A DNA stretch of 64,000 nucleotides from an uncultured Rhabdochlamydiaceae bacterium. GTDB taxonomy: Bacteria > Chlamydiota > Chlamydiia > Chlamydiales > Rhabdochlamydiaceae. The notes beneath the pieces were generated by a model that worked only from the letters and a program-made list of their open reading frames with translations, was not told the DNA's origin and did not search any database. The stretch is taken from the NCBI GenBank assembly GCA_963712275.1, contig CAVQHD010000001.1:1-64000 (forward strand), given 5' to 3'. Position 1 is the first letter of the stretch; each line of letters begins with the position of its first letter. This document shows positions 29,600 to 39,507 of this stretch, in pieces. The position numbers and the translations under genes were made by a program.

Positions 29600-30412
29600 A
29601 TGTCTACACCCTTACAAATACCTATAACTCTTTTCGAAGGCTTCGGCTACAATATTTGGGTATCAGTACCTCTTGAAATTAATCCTAAACATAAATCTCC
29701 CGAACAGATGGATGTGACTTATTGTCCTGATTTGGATGAAGGACATCCAAAGGGGTATCTTTTACCTCTTATTCTGGCGGGACTTTCTTGCGTAGGCTGT
29801 ATCCTTCCCCATTTTGTAAATTTTCCCTTGGCAAAAGCCATCCAGATTGTTGCTTCAAGTGTTTTAACCGCTGTAGGGTATGGGATTGCGAATGATCTAT
29901 TGGCCTGTCAACAGTGCGTTACCTATTTTACGAATGGTCATATGGATAGGCACGTGCGATTATTAAAATCTGATGACCCGATTAAAAATGGAATCATTTG
30001 GGGAATTGGGTCAACGGCAGGACTGGGATTATTAGGTGGAATCGCGTTAGCTGTTGCTGCACGAGCAACAAAATACCATCCCATTACAGCAGGTCAGATA
30101 GTACCTTCTATGATTGGTTTATCTACCATCACATGCATTTTTGCCCATTTTAAGGCAAAAGAGGCTGAAGCGTACTTGCAAAAACCAGAGAACCAAAAGC
30201 ATCCGGCTTTTATGCAAATTTTTGACAAAATTATTTTACCAAAACCTGGTTTTCATCCTGTTGATTTAAGAAAAGTTCCTCCAGAACAACGTGCTGCGTG
30301 GTTTGGAGTTGGAATAAGAAATGCTATTGGCTTTACCGTCCTGCCCGCAGAAGCCACCATTTTAGCGCTTAGCATAATCGCTATACGTGTCATAAAAAGC
30401 CTAAAAAGTTAA
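29600..30412 (+). CDS. Hypothetical multi-TM membrane protein
   Basis: 270 aa, AGGAG RBS, several hydrophobic helices. Confidence 0.8.
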   Translation: MSTPLQIPITLFEGFGYNIWVSVPLEINPKHKSPEQMDVTYCPDLDEGHPKGYLLPLILAGLSCVGCILPHFVNFPLAKAIQIVASSVLTAVGYGIANDLLACQQCVTYFTNGHMDRHVRLLKSDDPIKNGIIWGIGSTAGLGLLGGIALAVAARATKYHPITAGQIVPSMIGLSTITCIFAHFKAKEAEAYLQKPENQKHPAFMQIFDKIILPKPGFHPVDLRKVPPEQRAAWFGVGIRNAIGFTVLPAEATILALSIIAIRVIKSLKS

Positions 30413-30418
30413 GACTCC

Positions 30419-30611
30419 AGAGGTAGTTGCAAAACTCGCTTTGGAGGCCAAATTCGATGATTTTTGGGCAGGGCCGGTTTCTGCGCAACCTGACACACCT
30501 TGGGACATACTCGGCTCAGAGTAGGCCCAAGGTGTGTCAGGTTGCGCAGAATCCGGATCCTGCCCAAAAAGCGCGGATTTGGCCCCAAATGGGAGTTTTG
30601 CAACTACCTCT
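30419..30611. mobile_element. Family C ~190-bp palindromic element (MITE-like)
   Basis: AGAGGTAGTTGCAAAACTC...GAGTTTTGCAACTACCTCT with long internal hairpin; lies between convergent genes. Confidence 0.85.
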
Positions 30612-30623
30612 TCATCTCTAGAA

Positions 30624-31013
30624 TTAACGTTTAGAGAACTGTGAACGCTTACGAGCTTTGCGAAGGCCGTATTTTTTACGTTCTTTTTTACGAGGATCCC
30701 GTGTGAGATAACCCACCGCTTTCAGATCGGTTTTGCGAGTGTCGTCCTCACGTAGAAGGGCTCGAGATACCCCAAGGCGAGATGCAATGACTTGAGCTTC
30801 AATACCCCCGCCTTTAACGCGGATCAGCATGTCATATTTTTTTATTTCAGCGACTTTTTTGATAGGGTTCAAAACGGAATTGCGCTGAATTGACAAAGGA
30901 AAATAAACTTCGAAGGGACGGCCATTGACTGTGACTTTTCCAGATCCTGGACGGATTCTGACAGATGAAACGGCATTTTTTCGTCGTCCTGTACCAATAA
31001 ATTCTTTTTTCAT
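30624..31013 (-). CDS. rpsI: 30S ribosomal protein S9
   Basis: GTGRRKNAV, VKGGG, LTRDPRKKERKKYG, QFSKR. Confidence 0.99.
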   Translation of the reverse strand: MKKEFIGTGRRKNAVSSVRIRPGSGKVTVNGRPFEVYFPLSIQRNSVLNPIKKVAEIKKYDMLIRVKGGGIEAQVIASRLGVSRALLREDDTRKTDLKAVGYLTRDPRKKERKKYGLRKARKRSQFSKR

Positions 31014-31016
31014 AAA

Positions 31017-31460
31017 TTATTCTATGCAAATAGGGTTTTGAGCGTTCAGATCATGTTTGTCGTCTGCGAAAATACGGAGCTTTTTGAGCTGCTGACGTGC
31101 AAGCCGGCTTTGTGGAAGCATTCCTGCAATGGCATTTCGAAGGATATAATCAGGCTTACGAGCCTTCATGACACGGTAAGGAATTTCTCGCAGCCCACCT
31201 GGGTGCTGTGTATGGTATCGATAAATTTTTTGAGCCTCTTTTGCCCCTGTCACTTTAATCTTGCTGGCGTTGATGATGACAACTCCATCTCCACAATCGA
31301 CGTGGGGAGTAAATGTCACCTTGTGCTTTCCACGCAGGATTTTAGCGACATGAGAAGCAAATCGCCCGAGGGTTTTCCCAGTGGCGTCCAAGATGAACCA
31401 CTTGCGATCGTCTGCTGCCTCTTTTTTCGTCAGAAGGCGCGTTTGATTTTTATTTTTCAT
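31017..31460 (-). CDS. rplM: 50S ribosomal protein L13
   Basis: WFILDA..KTLGR, LRGKHK.TFTPHVDCGD, GMLP; ATG 31460 preferred. Confidence 0.98.
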   Translation of the reverse strand: MKNKNQTRLLTKKEAADDRKWFILDATGKTLGRFASHVAKILRGKHKVTFTPHVDCGDGVVIINASKIKVTGAKEAQKIYRYHTQHPGGLREIPYRVMKARKPDYILRNAIAGMLPQSRLARQQLKKLRIFADDKHDLNAQNPICIE

Positions 31461-31663
31461 GAGTTGCCCCAAATAATGGATGCAGTATATGACGTTCCAC
31501 ATTTTTTGCCAATATTTCTTTGGGGACGTTTCAGAAGCTGTCCTAAAACTCATGGCATTGGATGTTTAAAATATTTGTTTGCTCGCCTGTCCCCTGAGCT
31601 AGATACCTTCTTCTCTTTTCAAATAGAAACCTCTAAGGTAAAATGATAAAAGAGGAACACAAG

Positions 31664-31966
31664 ATGCATAAGCTACCAATCCGCTTGCAAAGAAACAAAA
31701 TTGTAAATTTTTGCAAGAAGTACCATATTGCTTATTTGGCTCTTTTTGGTTCCGTCCTAACCTCAAGTTTTACCAAGAAAAGCGATGTTGATATCCTTGT
31801 GAGATTTGAAAAAAAGCATATCCCTCATCTTTTTAGCATGATAAGAATGGAATCAGAGCTAAGCGACATTATCGGATATCCCGTAGATCTGAAAACCCCT
31901 AATGATTTAAGCCCTTATTTTCGAAGCGATGTTTTATCCAAAGCAAAAACTATCTATGGAAAGTAA
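31664..31966 (+). CDS. Minimal nucleotidyltransferase antitoxin (MntA-like)
   Basis: LALFGS...SDVDILV, VDL; GAGG RBS; overlaps HEPN gene. Confidence 0.9.
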   Translation: MHKLPIRLQRNKIVNFCKKYHIAYLALFGSVLTSSFTKKSDVDILVRFEKKHIPHLFSMIRMESELSDIIGYPVDLKTPNDLSPYFRSDVLSKAKTIYGK

Positions 31967-32300
31967 GGACTTTGCTCGTCTCAACCATATGCTTGATTCA
32001 ACAAAGGCAATTCTCTCCTTTACTAAGGGAAAACGGAGAGCTTCTTTGGATAAAGACCGCCTTCTTCTATCTGCCGTTTTGCGAGAATTAGAAATTATCG
32101 GGGAAGCTGCTAATAGAGTCTCCGAGAAAACAAAAAAGAAACTTCCTCATCTTCCCTGGCATGAACTCGTTGGCCTGAGAAATAGGTTAATTCACGCTTA
32201 CTTCGATGTAGATTACGACATTATCTGGAAAACCATTCGAGAGTACCTCCCTTCCTTTCAAAAACAGCTCGAGCAAGCCATCAATTCTTTTGAATCTTAA
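31956..32300 (+). CDS. HEPN (DUF86 / HepT-like) RNase toxin
   Basis: LEIIGEAA, RNRLIHAY (RX4HXY), DYDIIW. Confidence 0.9.
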   Translation: MESKDFARLNHMLDSTKAILSFTKGKRRASLDKDRLLLSAVLRELEIIGEAANRVSEKTKKKLPHLPWHELVGLRNRLIHAYFDVDYDIIWKTIREYLPSFQKQLEQAINSFES

Positions 32301-32382
32301 TCACCTTCAAACTCAATCAATAAAATCATCCCCTCCTGCAAAGTTCTGCAATCACTGCTTGAATTAAAATTTTCTCTGAAAT

Positions 32383-33843
32383 ATGACAAGTCATGTGATG
32401 CTTAAACCTATCCTGATAAAGATGATCACTTGCTTGATCGGAATCGCCTTACTCTACTCAGAGCCTGCTCTGTCTAAGGAAACGATGCCATCTCTTCAGG
32501 CCCAGGATGAATGGACCTATTCGCTGGCGCTGCAAGCCGCTACGTGGGGTAGTCCTCTGGTCACAATGTATGCTCTACGCCACCATGATGCCATTGGCCC
32601 CAAGGCCAAGGCGTCTCCTAACTCGATCTGGCGCATGGAAAACATTTCCACGCTAACCTTGTCAAAAGAAGCCGGTTATGTGACTCCAAATGTCAACGTC
32701 ATCTACGGCTTTGGTTTTATGGATTTGCGGCAAGAACCTATTGTTTTAGAAACACCCGATTCAGATAACCGTTATTACATGGTCGAAATCGTGGATATGT
32801 GGACAAATGCTTTTTCCTATGTTGGCGGGAAAGCAACCGGTTACAAAGGGGGCAAGTTCCTTTTGGCGGGACCTGGATGGAAAGGTGAGCCCCCTGCCGG
32901 TATGCATCGGATTGACTGCCCGACGCCTTGGGTTTTACTTCAGCCACGCGTGCATATCTATGCTGCTGGGAAAATCGATCTTCCCGGAGCTCAAAAAATC
33001 CTGAAGGAGATTACAACAACGAGGTTATCGCAGCTCACAAGTCAAGCAGTCCCCTCCTATGACTATCCGGCGCCCGATCCTGTCAACCTCAATCTTCCTG
33101 TCAGCGTTTTAGATTACAAAGACCCCTTGCAGTTCTGGGAGCTCTTGATGATCGCACTGAATGAGAATCCTCCGCCGCAAGACCAAATCACAGCACTGCT
33201 GCCTCTGTTCAAACCACTTGGAATCGAACTGGGAAAACCGTGGGACCGCTCTAAGCTGGCGCCGGAAGTGCTTAAAGCCATGCGTAAAGCTGCCCAGAAT
33301 ATCGGGTCGATCTTAGGTCATTTGCCTTTTGGGATCTTCTACCAAGGTGCCTTTATTCCGCCTCCGACAATTGGGAATTCTGGAGCAGACTACAAGACGC
33401 GGGCCATTGTTGCTCGGCTTGGGTTAACTGCCAATACCCCCTATGAATCTATCTACTGGATGTACTCATTGGATCAAAAAGGGAATCCTCTCACCGGCGC
33501 TAAAAAATACACAATAACTTTCAAGCAAGAGATTCCCTTCTATGAACCCGGCTTCTGGTCGCTCACGATTTACGACTCAGAGAACAACTATACGGCGCCC
33601 AATCCGATCGACCGGTATATGTTGGGAAGCGACACTCCGGAACTGAAGAAAAATAAAGACGGCTCTTTGACAATCTATATCCAGCACGAGGATCCCGGAC
33701 AAGATAAACAATCCAATTGGCTTCCAGCGCCACCAGGCTCATTCTATCTGATCCCGCGATCTTACGCGCCCAAACCAGAAATCATTCACATTTTAACAGA
33801 CCCGCAATCGTGGCCCATTCCCGCAGTTGCGCCAGAAGGATAA
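32383..33843 (+). CDS. DUF1254/DUF1214 domain exported protein
   Basis: Signal-like N-terminus, TPNVN.IY, DL..EP.VL..PD, LAGPGWKG, FWSLTIYD, NWLPAP, R.YAP. Confidence 0.9.
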   Translation: MTSHVMLKPILIKMITCLIGIALLYSEPALSKETMPSLQAQDEWTYSLALQAATWGSPLVTMYALRHHDAIGPKAKASPNSIWRMENISTLTLSKEAGYVTPNVNVIYGFGFMDLRQEPIVLETPDSDNRYYMVEIVDMWTNAFSYVGGKATGYKGGKFLLAGPGWKGEPPAGMHRIDCPTPWVLLQPRVHIYAAGKIDLPGAQKILKEITTTRLSQLTSQAVPSYDYPAPDPVNLNLPVSVLDYKDPLQFWELLMIALNENPPPQDQITALLPLFKPLGIELGKPWDRSKLAPEVLKAMRKAAQNIGSILGHLPFGIFYQGAFIPPPTIGNSGADYKTRAIVARLGLTANTPYESIYWMYSLDQKGNPLTGAKKYTITFKQEIPFYEPGFWSLTIYDSENNYTAPNPIDRYMLGSDTPELKKNKDGSLTIYIQHEDPGQDKQSNWLPAPPGSFYLIPRSYAPKPEIIHILTDPQSWPIPAVAPEG

Positions 33844-33907
33844 GCAGGAAGATTAAAAATTGGTACCAAAAATTCTTTGCTCTTTGTATATGTATTTCCA
33901 TACGACG

Positions 33908-34495
33908 ATGAAGCTTCCCGTTATCCTTACTTTTTTCCGTGTTGTCATGAGCCCCATTTTTGTGGCGCTCTACCTCTTTTCAGATCGGTGGAACATTCCA
34001 ATAGCTGCCATCCCCTATCTTCTTTTAGGGATTGTGGCCCTCTGTGAATTAACAGATATTTTTGACGGATTTTTAGCCCGGAAAAGAAACCAAGTGACCA
34101 ATCTTGGGAAAGTTCTCGACCCCATGGCCGACAGCCTTTTTAGACTTTCTGTTTTTTTTACATTCACCCAAGGCGCCGTTCAACTGCCGCTGCTGATCGT
34201 TCTTGTTTTTTTCTGGAGAGATTCCATTGTCAACACGTTGCGATCTCTTTGCGCCGTTCAAGGAATTCCGCTCGCCGCTCGGACAAGCGGAAAAATCAAG
34301 GCCATCATTCAAGCCACTGTGACATTTTTTATTTTAATTTTAATGATCCCTTACTCGAACGGATGCCTTTCACTCGAGACATTTCAAAAAATAAGCACGA
34401 TTGCTGCAGCCCTTGCAGCCGCTTATACCTTGTGCTCCGGATGCGAATACCTTTGGGTCCATCGGCAGCTCATCAAAAAAGCTTTCCGCGCCTGA
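33908..34495 (+). CDS. pgsA: CDP-diacylglycerol--glycerol-3-phosphate 3-phosphatidyltransferase
   Basis: LT.FR, TDIFDGFLARK...T.LGKVLDPMAD, GKIKA; ATG 33908 preferred. Confidence 0.93.
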   Translation: MKLPVILTFFRVVMSPIFVALYLFSDRWNIPIAAIPYLLLGIVALCELTDIFDGFLARKRNQVTNLGKVLDPMADSLFRLSVFFTFTQGAVQLPLLIVLVFFWRDSIVNTLRSLCAVQGIPLAARTSGKIKAIIQATVTFFILILMIPYSNGCLSLETFQKISTIAAALAAAYTLCSGCEYLWVHRQLIKKAFRA

Positions 34496-34499
34496 GAAG

Positions 34500-36122
34500 C
34501 TATTGCACTGCAGCAATAATTGTGTCGAGAGACCAAGTAGCTCTCTCCTGCTGTAGGTCTGGGTGTTGTTCAATCAAATTTCGGCGAAACAAAAATCGTT
34601 CTTTTGATATGTCCCATTCACTATTGCCATCCATTCTCGAAAAAGCTTGAATATGGGCAGAATCAATTTCGAGAGAACAAGTCAGCGATAGAACGAGTCT
34701 ATTTAATTGGGTGTTCAAATGAATAGGTTCCCTCTCAGGATTCAAACGCAGTATCTTGCGCAACGGTTCAAAAAATTGAACTTCTCCAACATCGCCTCGT
34801 CGTTTTGCATTATTCATAAATGAGCTTAATGCAGGATCTCCACCAATATGAAAGCACTCCACTTTTTGTGGATCTACATACCCATCGATGCTCTGGAGTG
34901 CTTGTAAATAGAGAATGTCTTGAGCACGATTGCATTGCGCTAAGGTGAGTTCTTTGTTTTCAAGCTTTGTCTGTAAACGAATGAGATTTGCAAATAGAAG
35001 CATGAAAGTGAAACGAATACATTCCAATCTAAATTTATCATGATTTTCATACATCGGTTTTGATATTCCATGCGCCCAATAGATTTGTCTTAAATCTTGT
35101 TCATAAAAGGGAAGAAAATCAAACCATTTTTCGCATAGAAGAGCATAAACTGAATCGTTTAAAAATTGTTCAACCTTTGTTTCTAAAGTAGAATGGAGAT
35201 GCGCAGTGTGTTGTGCCTCAAGGCCTAGTCCTGTCATGGGGTTCATGAGGTTAGATAACAACTTTTCCCAACATTGTTTGTTCTCCCATCGCATGGTTTG
35301 AATGGTTTTGGATAAATCCATCAACTGCTCCAATTGCAAAGGCCTGGTGAGTGCAGATTTAAGACTCGCACCTACCCCCATCAAAACACACACTGACAAA
35401 TGAAGGAATTTGTCCCCCGCTAGCGTATAATAAGTCGTTCCCAATAGCGCTTTTAATACTTGCAAGGCTGCAGCACCTAGGACATTGAAAACTCCTTCTT
35501 TCGTTCCGCAGGCAATTAAAGCTAGACGGGCATACCAGATCGATTCTAACCATTGCCCTAACTGCCGTGTTTTTTCTCTGCAAGCTTCAACATAGACATT
35601 TTTACCTCCCATATGCAGGCTGGTCATCTCCAGCAAGATATTTAAAATTTTAACTCCAACAGGGGCAAGATCAATGATGTGAAAAGCAAATAAGAAATGG
35701 CCATTGATTCTAGGAGATTGGGCAGCGTGCAATAGAGCCTGGGCTACTGCTGTTGTCTTTAAACGAGTAGGCAAAAGATGTACAATCGAAGCAAGAGACG
35801 ATTCATTGGAGGTTAAATAAAATGTGGTCGCAGCTAAAACTTTACAAATAAGATCCCACAGATGACCGTTGATAAGGAAGAACTGATAAGGAGAAGCGAT
35901 AATCTTGTCAATTTTTTCTTGAGGATAGAGCAAAGCAAAAAGCTTTGAATCAGTCTTTCGTTCGGAATGATTTAAAACAAGGTGCCTTCCCAGCACAATC
36001 TCTGAGCCTCCGTGAGAAAGCCTCGTTGCTGCTAATGCTGCAAAACCAGCCCCCCAGAAGGGTAAAGTCGGATTTGACAACCATCGATTAAAAGAAAAAT
36101 TCGATAAGAAAGCTGTTCCCAT
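34500..36122 (-). CDS. Hypothetical protein, paralog of 3706-5685 (shared N-terminal domain)
   Basis: Long ORF; NGHLWDLICKV and KTRQLGQWLE align with RGHLKDLISRV and KTGLLNRWSE; ATG 36122 preferred. Confidence 0.78.
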   Translation of the reverse strand: MGTAFLSNFSFNRWLSNPTLPFWGAGFAALAATRLSHGGSEIVLGRHLVLNHSERKTDSKLFALLYPQEKIDKIIASPYQFFLINGHLWDLICKVLAATTFYLTSNESSLASIVHLLPTRLKTTAVAQALLHAAQSPRINGHFLFAFHIIDLAPVGVKILNILLEMTSLHMGGKNVYVEACREKTRQLGQWLESIWYARLALIACGTKEGVFNVLGAAALQVLKALLGTTYYTLAGDKFLHLSVCVLMGVGASLKSALTRPLQLEQLMDLSKTIQTMRWENKQCWEKLLSNLMNPMTGLGLEAQHTAHLHSTLETKVEQFLNDSVYALLCEKWFDFLPFYEQDLRQIYWAHGISKPMYENHDKFRLECIRFTFMLLFANLIRLQTKLENKELTLAQCNRAQDILYLQALQSIDGYVDPQKVECFHIGGDPALSSFMNNAKRRGDVGEVQFFEPLRKILRLNPEREPIHLNTQLNRLVLSLTCSLEIDSAHIQAFSRMDGNSEWDISKERFLFRRNLIEQHPDLQQERATWSLDTIIAAVQ

Positions 36123-36190
36123 AGTTATTCTCTTATTTTGATAAGGAATTATAGCACACAAAAGGGCAACAAGCAAAATTTAAAAATTTT

Positions 36191-36440
36191 GCAACTATTC
36201 ACCCACCTCCCATTTTAGAGGTGGGGGAAAAAAGATCGGGCAAGGGAACGGGCACGGCAACGTTCACGAAAGAAAAGTCAGTCAAATTTTTATCCCCATT
36301 TGAGCATGAATTGTTGATACGCCTCGTCTTGAAGTTAACAAAAATGGCTTAGAGCGCCTCTTTCGTGAACGTTACCGTGCCCGTTCTCTTGCCCGATCTT
36401 TTTTCCTCACCTCCAAAATGGTGGGTAGGTGAATAGTTGC
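36191..36440. mobile_element. Family B ~250-bp element with ~80-bp terminal inverted arms (MITE-like)
   Basis: GCAACTATTCAC...GTGAATAGTTGC ends; arms contain AAGATCGGGCAAGGGAACGGGCACGG.AACGTTCACGAAAG. Confidence 0.85.
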
Positions 36441-36497
36441 AAAAAATTCCTTCAATTGCTTTAAATTGATCCGCTCAAGTATCTTGCTTAGTCTGAA

Positions 36498-36668
36498 GAG
36501 GCTGTTGTTGAATTAAGGCTTCGTCGATTTTCGGGATTATTTTGGCCGATTTTCGATTCAAATCTTGGGGGTCATATACGAAAGTTGATATGACCCCCCA
36601 AGATTTGAATCGAAAATCGGCTCAAAAGAACCCAAAAATCGACAGAAGCTTAGTTCAACAACAGCCTC
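36498..36668. mobile_element. Family A palindromic element, divergent copy in opposite orientation, abutting tRNA-Gln
   Basis: GAGGCTGTTGTTGAA...TTCAACAACAGCCTC; centre ATATACGAAAGTTGATAT is the reverse complement of the family A core. Confidence 0.85.
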
Positions 36669-36674
36669 TACGAT

Positions 36675-36746
<72 letters not shown>

Positions 36747-36752
36747 CTTATG

Positions 36753-36805
36753 AACCTATACCGGTAAAATTTTTCATCGAATGAAATTTTTTACCGGTAT
36801 AGGTT
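36753..36805. terminator. Hairpin between tRNA-Gln and prs
   Basis: AACCTATACCGGTAAAA...TTTTACCGGTATAGGTT. Confidence 0.55.
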
Positions 36806-36819
36806 TAAAGGATTTTTCA

Positions 36820-37740
36820 ATGCTAAAGCCGAAAAGGTATTTGTTATTTGCCGGGAGCTCTCATCCTGAGCTCGCGAGACAAATTGCAAAGCACCTTTCG
36901 ACTCAGCAAGGGAAAGTCCTGATTGAGACATTTCCAGATGGCGAGATAGGCGTTCGAATTTTAGAGAATGTCCACGGTCAGGATGTTTTCGTTTTGCAGA
37001 CGATCGCACAACATCCTAACCTCTATCTCATGGAATTGCTCATCATGTTGGATGCTTTGAAGCGAGCCGGATCTCGATCGGTGATTGCTGTGATTCCCTA
37101 CTTTGGGTATGGCCGTCAAGATCGAAGAATAAAAGAAGGGGATCCGATTTCTGCAAAGCTTGTAGCACAGCTATTGGAAGCGGCAGGCGCTTCTGGTGTG
37201 CTGACGATCGATCTGCATACACCGCAGATCGAAGGGTTTTTTAACATACCGCTTTACCATCTTTCGGCAATGCCTCTTTTAACTAAGGCCATTGAGAAAG
37301 AGGGGTGGGAGAAAAGCGTGATGGTAGCCCCCGATATCGGCAGCATTTGGCGTGCACGCGAGTTTGCACAGGAATTGAAAACCTCCGACGGTGTTGTCGA
37401 TAAGCGCCGCGTGAGTGCAAAGCGGGTTGAGAGTCATTCCTTAGCAGGGGATGTCAAAAATCAAAACGTTGTTTTGATTGATGATTTATGCTCAACCGGT
37501 CAAACACTGGCGACAGCAGCCTATGTGTGCACTAGCCAAGGGGCGAATAAGATTCGCGTGGTTGTGACTCACGGGATGTTTGTGGGCAGTGCATTTGAAG
37601 ATCGTGCGATTGAAAAGTTTGTTGTGACGGATACGATTCCCCTTCCTTCTAAGAGGAAGACCAAGAAGATTAAGGTCGTCTCCGTAGCACCCCTTTTTGC
37701 TCGAGCTATTGAAACAATAGCATCTTCAAAGCCCATCTGA
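36820..37740 (+). CDS. prs: Ribose-phosphate pyrophosphokinase
   Basis: FPDGE, MELLIM.DALKRA, PYFGYGRQDR, DLH..QI.GFF, APD.G, IDDL..TG.T; ATG 36820 with AAGGA RBS. Confidence 0.97.
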   Translation: MLKPKRYLLFAGSSHPELARQIAKHLSTQQGKVLIETFPDGEIGVRILENVHGQDVFVLQTIAQHPNLYLMELLIMLDALKRAGSRSVIAVIPYFGYGRQDRRIKEGDPISAKLVAQLLEAAGASGVLTIDLHTPQIEGFFNIPLYHLSAMPLLTKAIEKEGWEKSVMVAPDIGSIWRAREFAQELKTSDGVVDKRRVSAKRVESHSLAGDVKNQNVVLIDDLCSTGQTLATAAYVCTSQGANKIRVVVTHGMFVGSAFEDRAIEKFVVTDTIPLPSKRKTKKIKVVSVAPLFARAIETIASSKPI

Positions 37741-37774
37741 TGTGTCATATAAAACTTAATAATGGGAGAATAGT

Positions 37775-38338
37775 ATGAAACTGACTGCCACTGTGCGCCC
37801 TTCGACAAAAAAAGGTGACACAAAGCAGATTCGACGAGAGGGAAAAATCCCTGCAATCCTCTATTCCACAGGTCAGCCTAATCTTCAGCTCACCCTCGAT
37901 GGAGCTGAGATGGCGGCAATCCTGCGGCAAGTAAAGCCGGGCCATTTAGGGACCACCATTTTTCAGTTAAAGCTGGATGGAAAGGAGAAACGAGCGATTG
38001 TCAAGGACATTCAATATCAATTAACGACCTACCAAGTCACGCATATTGATTTCGAAGAGCTCTTTGATGATGTGGCTGTGAACGTAAAAGTCCCTATTCG
38101 CTGCACTGGGGTAGCTGATTGCGTGGGAGTGAAACTAGGAGGGTTTTTAAGGCAAGTGATCCGGCACGTCAGAGTGGAATGCTTACCTGTCTTGATCCCT
38201 GACGAACTATTGATTGATGTGCAAGATATGGGAATCAAGCAATCGAAAAAACTATCTGATATTGCAATTCCTCAAGGAGTGAAGCCCCTTGCTAAAATGG
38301 ATGAAGTCGTTGTTGTCGTTTCGAAACGAAGCAACTAA
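37775..38338 (+). CDS. rplY: 50S ribosomal protein L25/Ctc
   Basis: RREGKIPAILY, KDIQY, HIDF, GVKLGG; prs-rplY-pth order. Confidence 0.96.
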   Translation: MKLTATVRPSTKKGDTKQIRREGKIPAILYSTGQPNLQLTLDGAEMAAILRQVKPGHLGTTIFQLKLDGKEKRAIVKDIQYQLTTYQVTHIDFEELFDDVAVNVKVPIRCTGVADCVGVKLGGFLRQVIRHVRVECLPVLIPDELLIDVQDMGIKQSKKLSDIAIPQGVKPLAKMDEVVVVVSKRSN

Positions 38339-38921
38339 AGATTTTTTAATTGTGGGACTCGGTAATCCAGGTATCGCCTATGAGAAAACCAAGCATAATG
38401 TGGGATTTCGCGCTGTGAGATCTTTTGCAAAACGGCACGGAATTACACTGAAAAAGGCTTACCATTTATCTGCGGAGCTAGGTCATGGACGTCTGGGGGC
38501 ATTTTCCATTGGGGTGCTCCTTCCTCTGACCTATATGAACAGCAGCGGAGAAGCTGTTAAAAAAGCTCTTCGAGCCTTTCAAACACCGGCAAGTCGTATT
38601 GCTGTTGTCGTTGATGATATTGCATTTTCAGTCGGAGATATCCGATTTAAAGAAGAAGGAAGCCATGGGGGTCATAACGGGCTTAAAAGCATTGAAGAGC
38701 ATTTGACAACAACTTGTTTTCCCAGGCTCCGCATAGGCATAGGGCATCCTGAAGGCAGAGATCTCGCAGATTTTGTGCTCTCTCCTTTTGATCCCACTGA
38801 GGAGAGGCAATTACCAGAAGTTTTTAATCATGTGGCCGATGTTCTCGATTGTTGGATCCTACGGGGGATTCAACCAGCCATGACATTGGCAAATACAAAA
38901 AGAGGAGTCATTGACAAATGA
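38301..38921 (+). CDS. pth: Peptidyl-tRNA hydrolase
   Basis: LIVGLGNPG..Y..T.HNVGF, TYMNSSG, GSHGGHNGLKS, RLRIGIG; start uncertain. Confidence 0.96.
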   Translation: MKSLLSFRNEATKDFLIVGLGNPGIAYEKTKHNVGFRAVRSFAKRHGITLKKAYHLSAELGHGRLGAFSIGVLLPLTYMNSSGEAVKKALRAFQTPASRIAVVVDDIAFSVGDIRFKEEGSHGGHNGLKSIEEHLTTTCFPRLRIGIGHPEGRDLADFVLSPFDPTEERQLPEVFNHVADVLDCWILRGIQPAMTLANTKRGVIDK

Positions 38922-39256
38922 CGAAAGAACATAGCCATCTCTATGAAGGGATGTATATTTTAAATACCGCCTTAACAGATGATGCACGTGAAAAGCTGAT
39001 CGATAAAATGACAGCCAATATCACTCAAAAAGGTGGAAAATTGCATAAAATTTTTGATCAAGGCCGCAAAAAACTTGCGTATGAGATCAATAAAAAGAGA
39101 GAAGGGCATTATTTGCTGTTTTACTTTTCAGTCCCCACAAATGTGATGGACAAACTATGGAGAGAGTATCGACTCACAGAAGATATCCTTCGCTTTATGA
39201 CAACCCGGGTACACGCTGTTCCCGAAAAAATCGCATTTCAACCTTTACCTGAATAA
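38918..39256 (+). CDS. rpsF: 30S ribosomal protein S6
   Basis: YEGMYIL, G.KKLAYEI.K..EG.Y, ILRFM. Confidence 0.96.
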   Translation: MTKEHSHLYEGMYILNTALTDDAREKLIDKMTANITQKGGKLHKIFDQGRKKLAYEINKKREGHYLLFYFSVPTNVMDKLWREYRLTEDILRFMTTRVHAVPEKIAFQPLPE

Positions 39257-39264
39257 GAGGAATT

Positions 39265-39495
39265 ATGGAATCTCTTTTTGCCCCTAAGAAAAAACGGAGC
39301 TGTCCATTTACCGCCGCAGGCGTTAAACATGTGGATTATAAAGATCTAGAAACGCTCCGCCGTTTTATTTCCGAACGAGGTAAAATTATTCCTCGGCGGA
39401 TCTCAGGAGTATCTGCCTATTTTCAGCGAAAGCTTGTCAAAGCAATCAAGAAAGCACGCTCAATGGGGTTACTCCCATTTGTATCTGAGATTTAA
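39265..39495 (+). CDS. rpsR: 30S ribosomal protein S18
   Basis: DYKD...[14 protein letters not shown]....QR.L..AIK.AR..GLLP. Confidence 0.98.
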   Translation: MESLFAPKKKRSCPFTAAGVKHVDYKDLETLRRFISERGKIIPRRISGVSAYFQRKLVKAIKKARSMGLLPFVSEI

Positions 39496-39507
39496 AGAGG
39501 TTATACA

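Noticed and set aside
30409..30621. Two mirror-image 64-aa ORFs on opposite strands
   Set aside because: Artefacts of the family C palindrome; likewise 36542-36784, 36558-36746, 3513-3767 and 52776-53279 overlap palindromes or the tRNA
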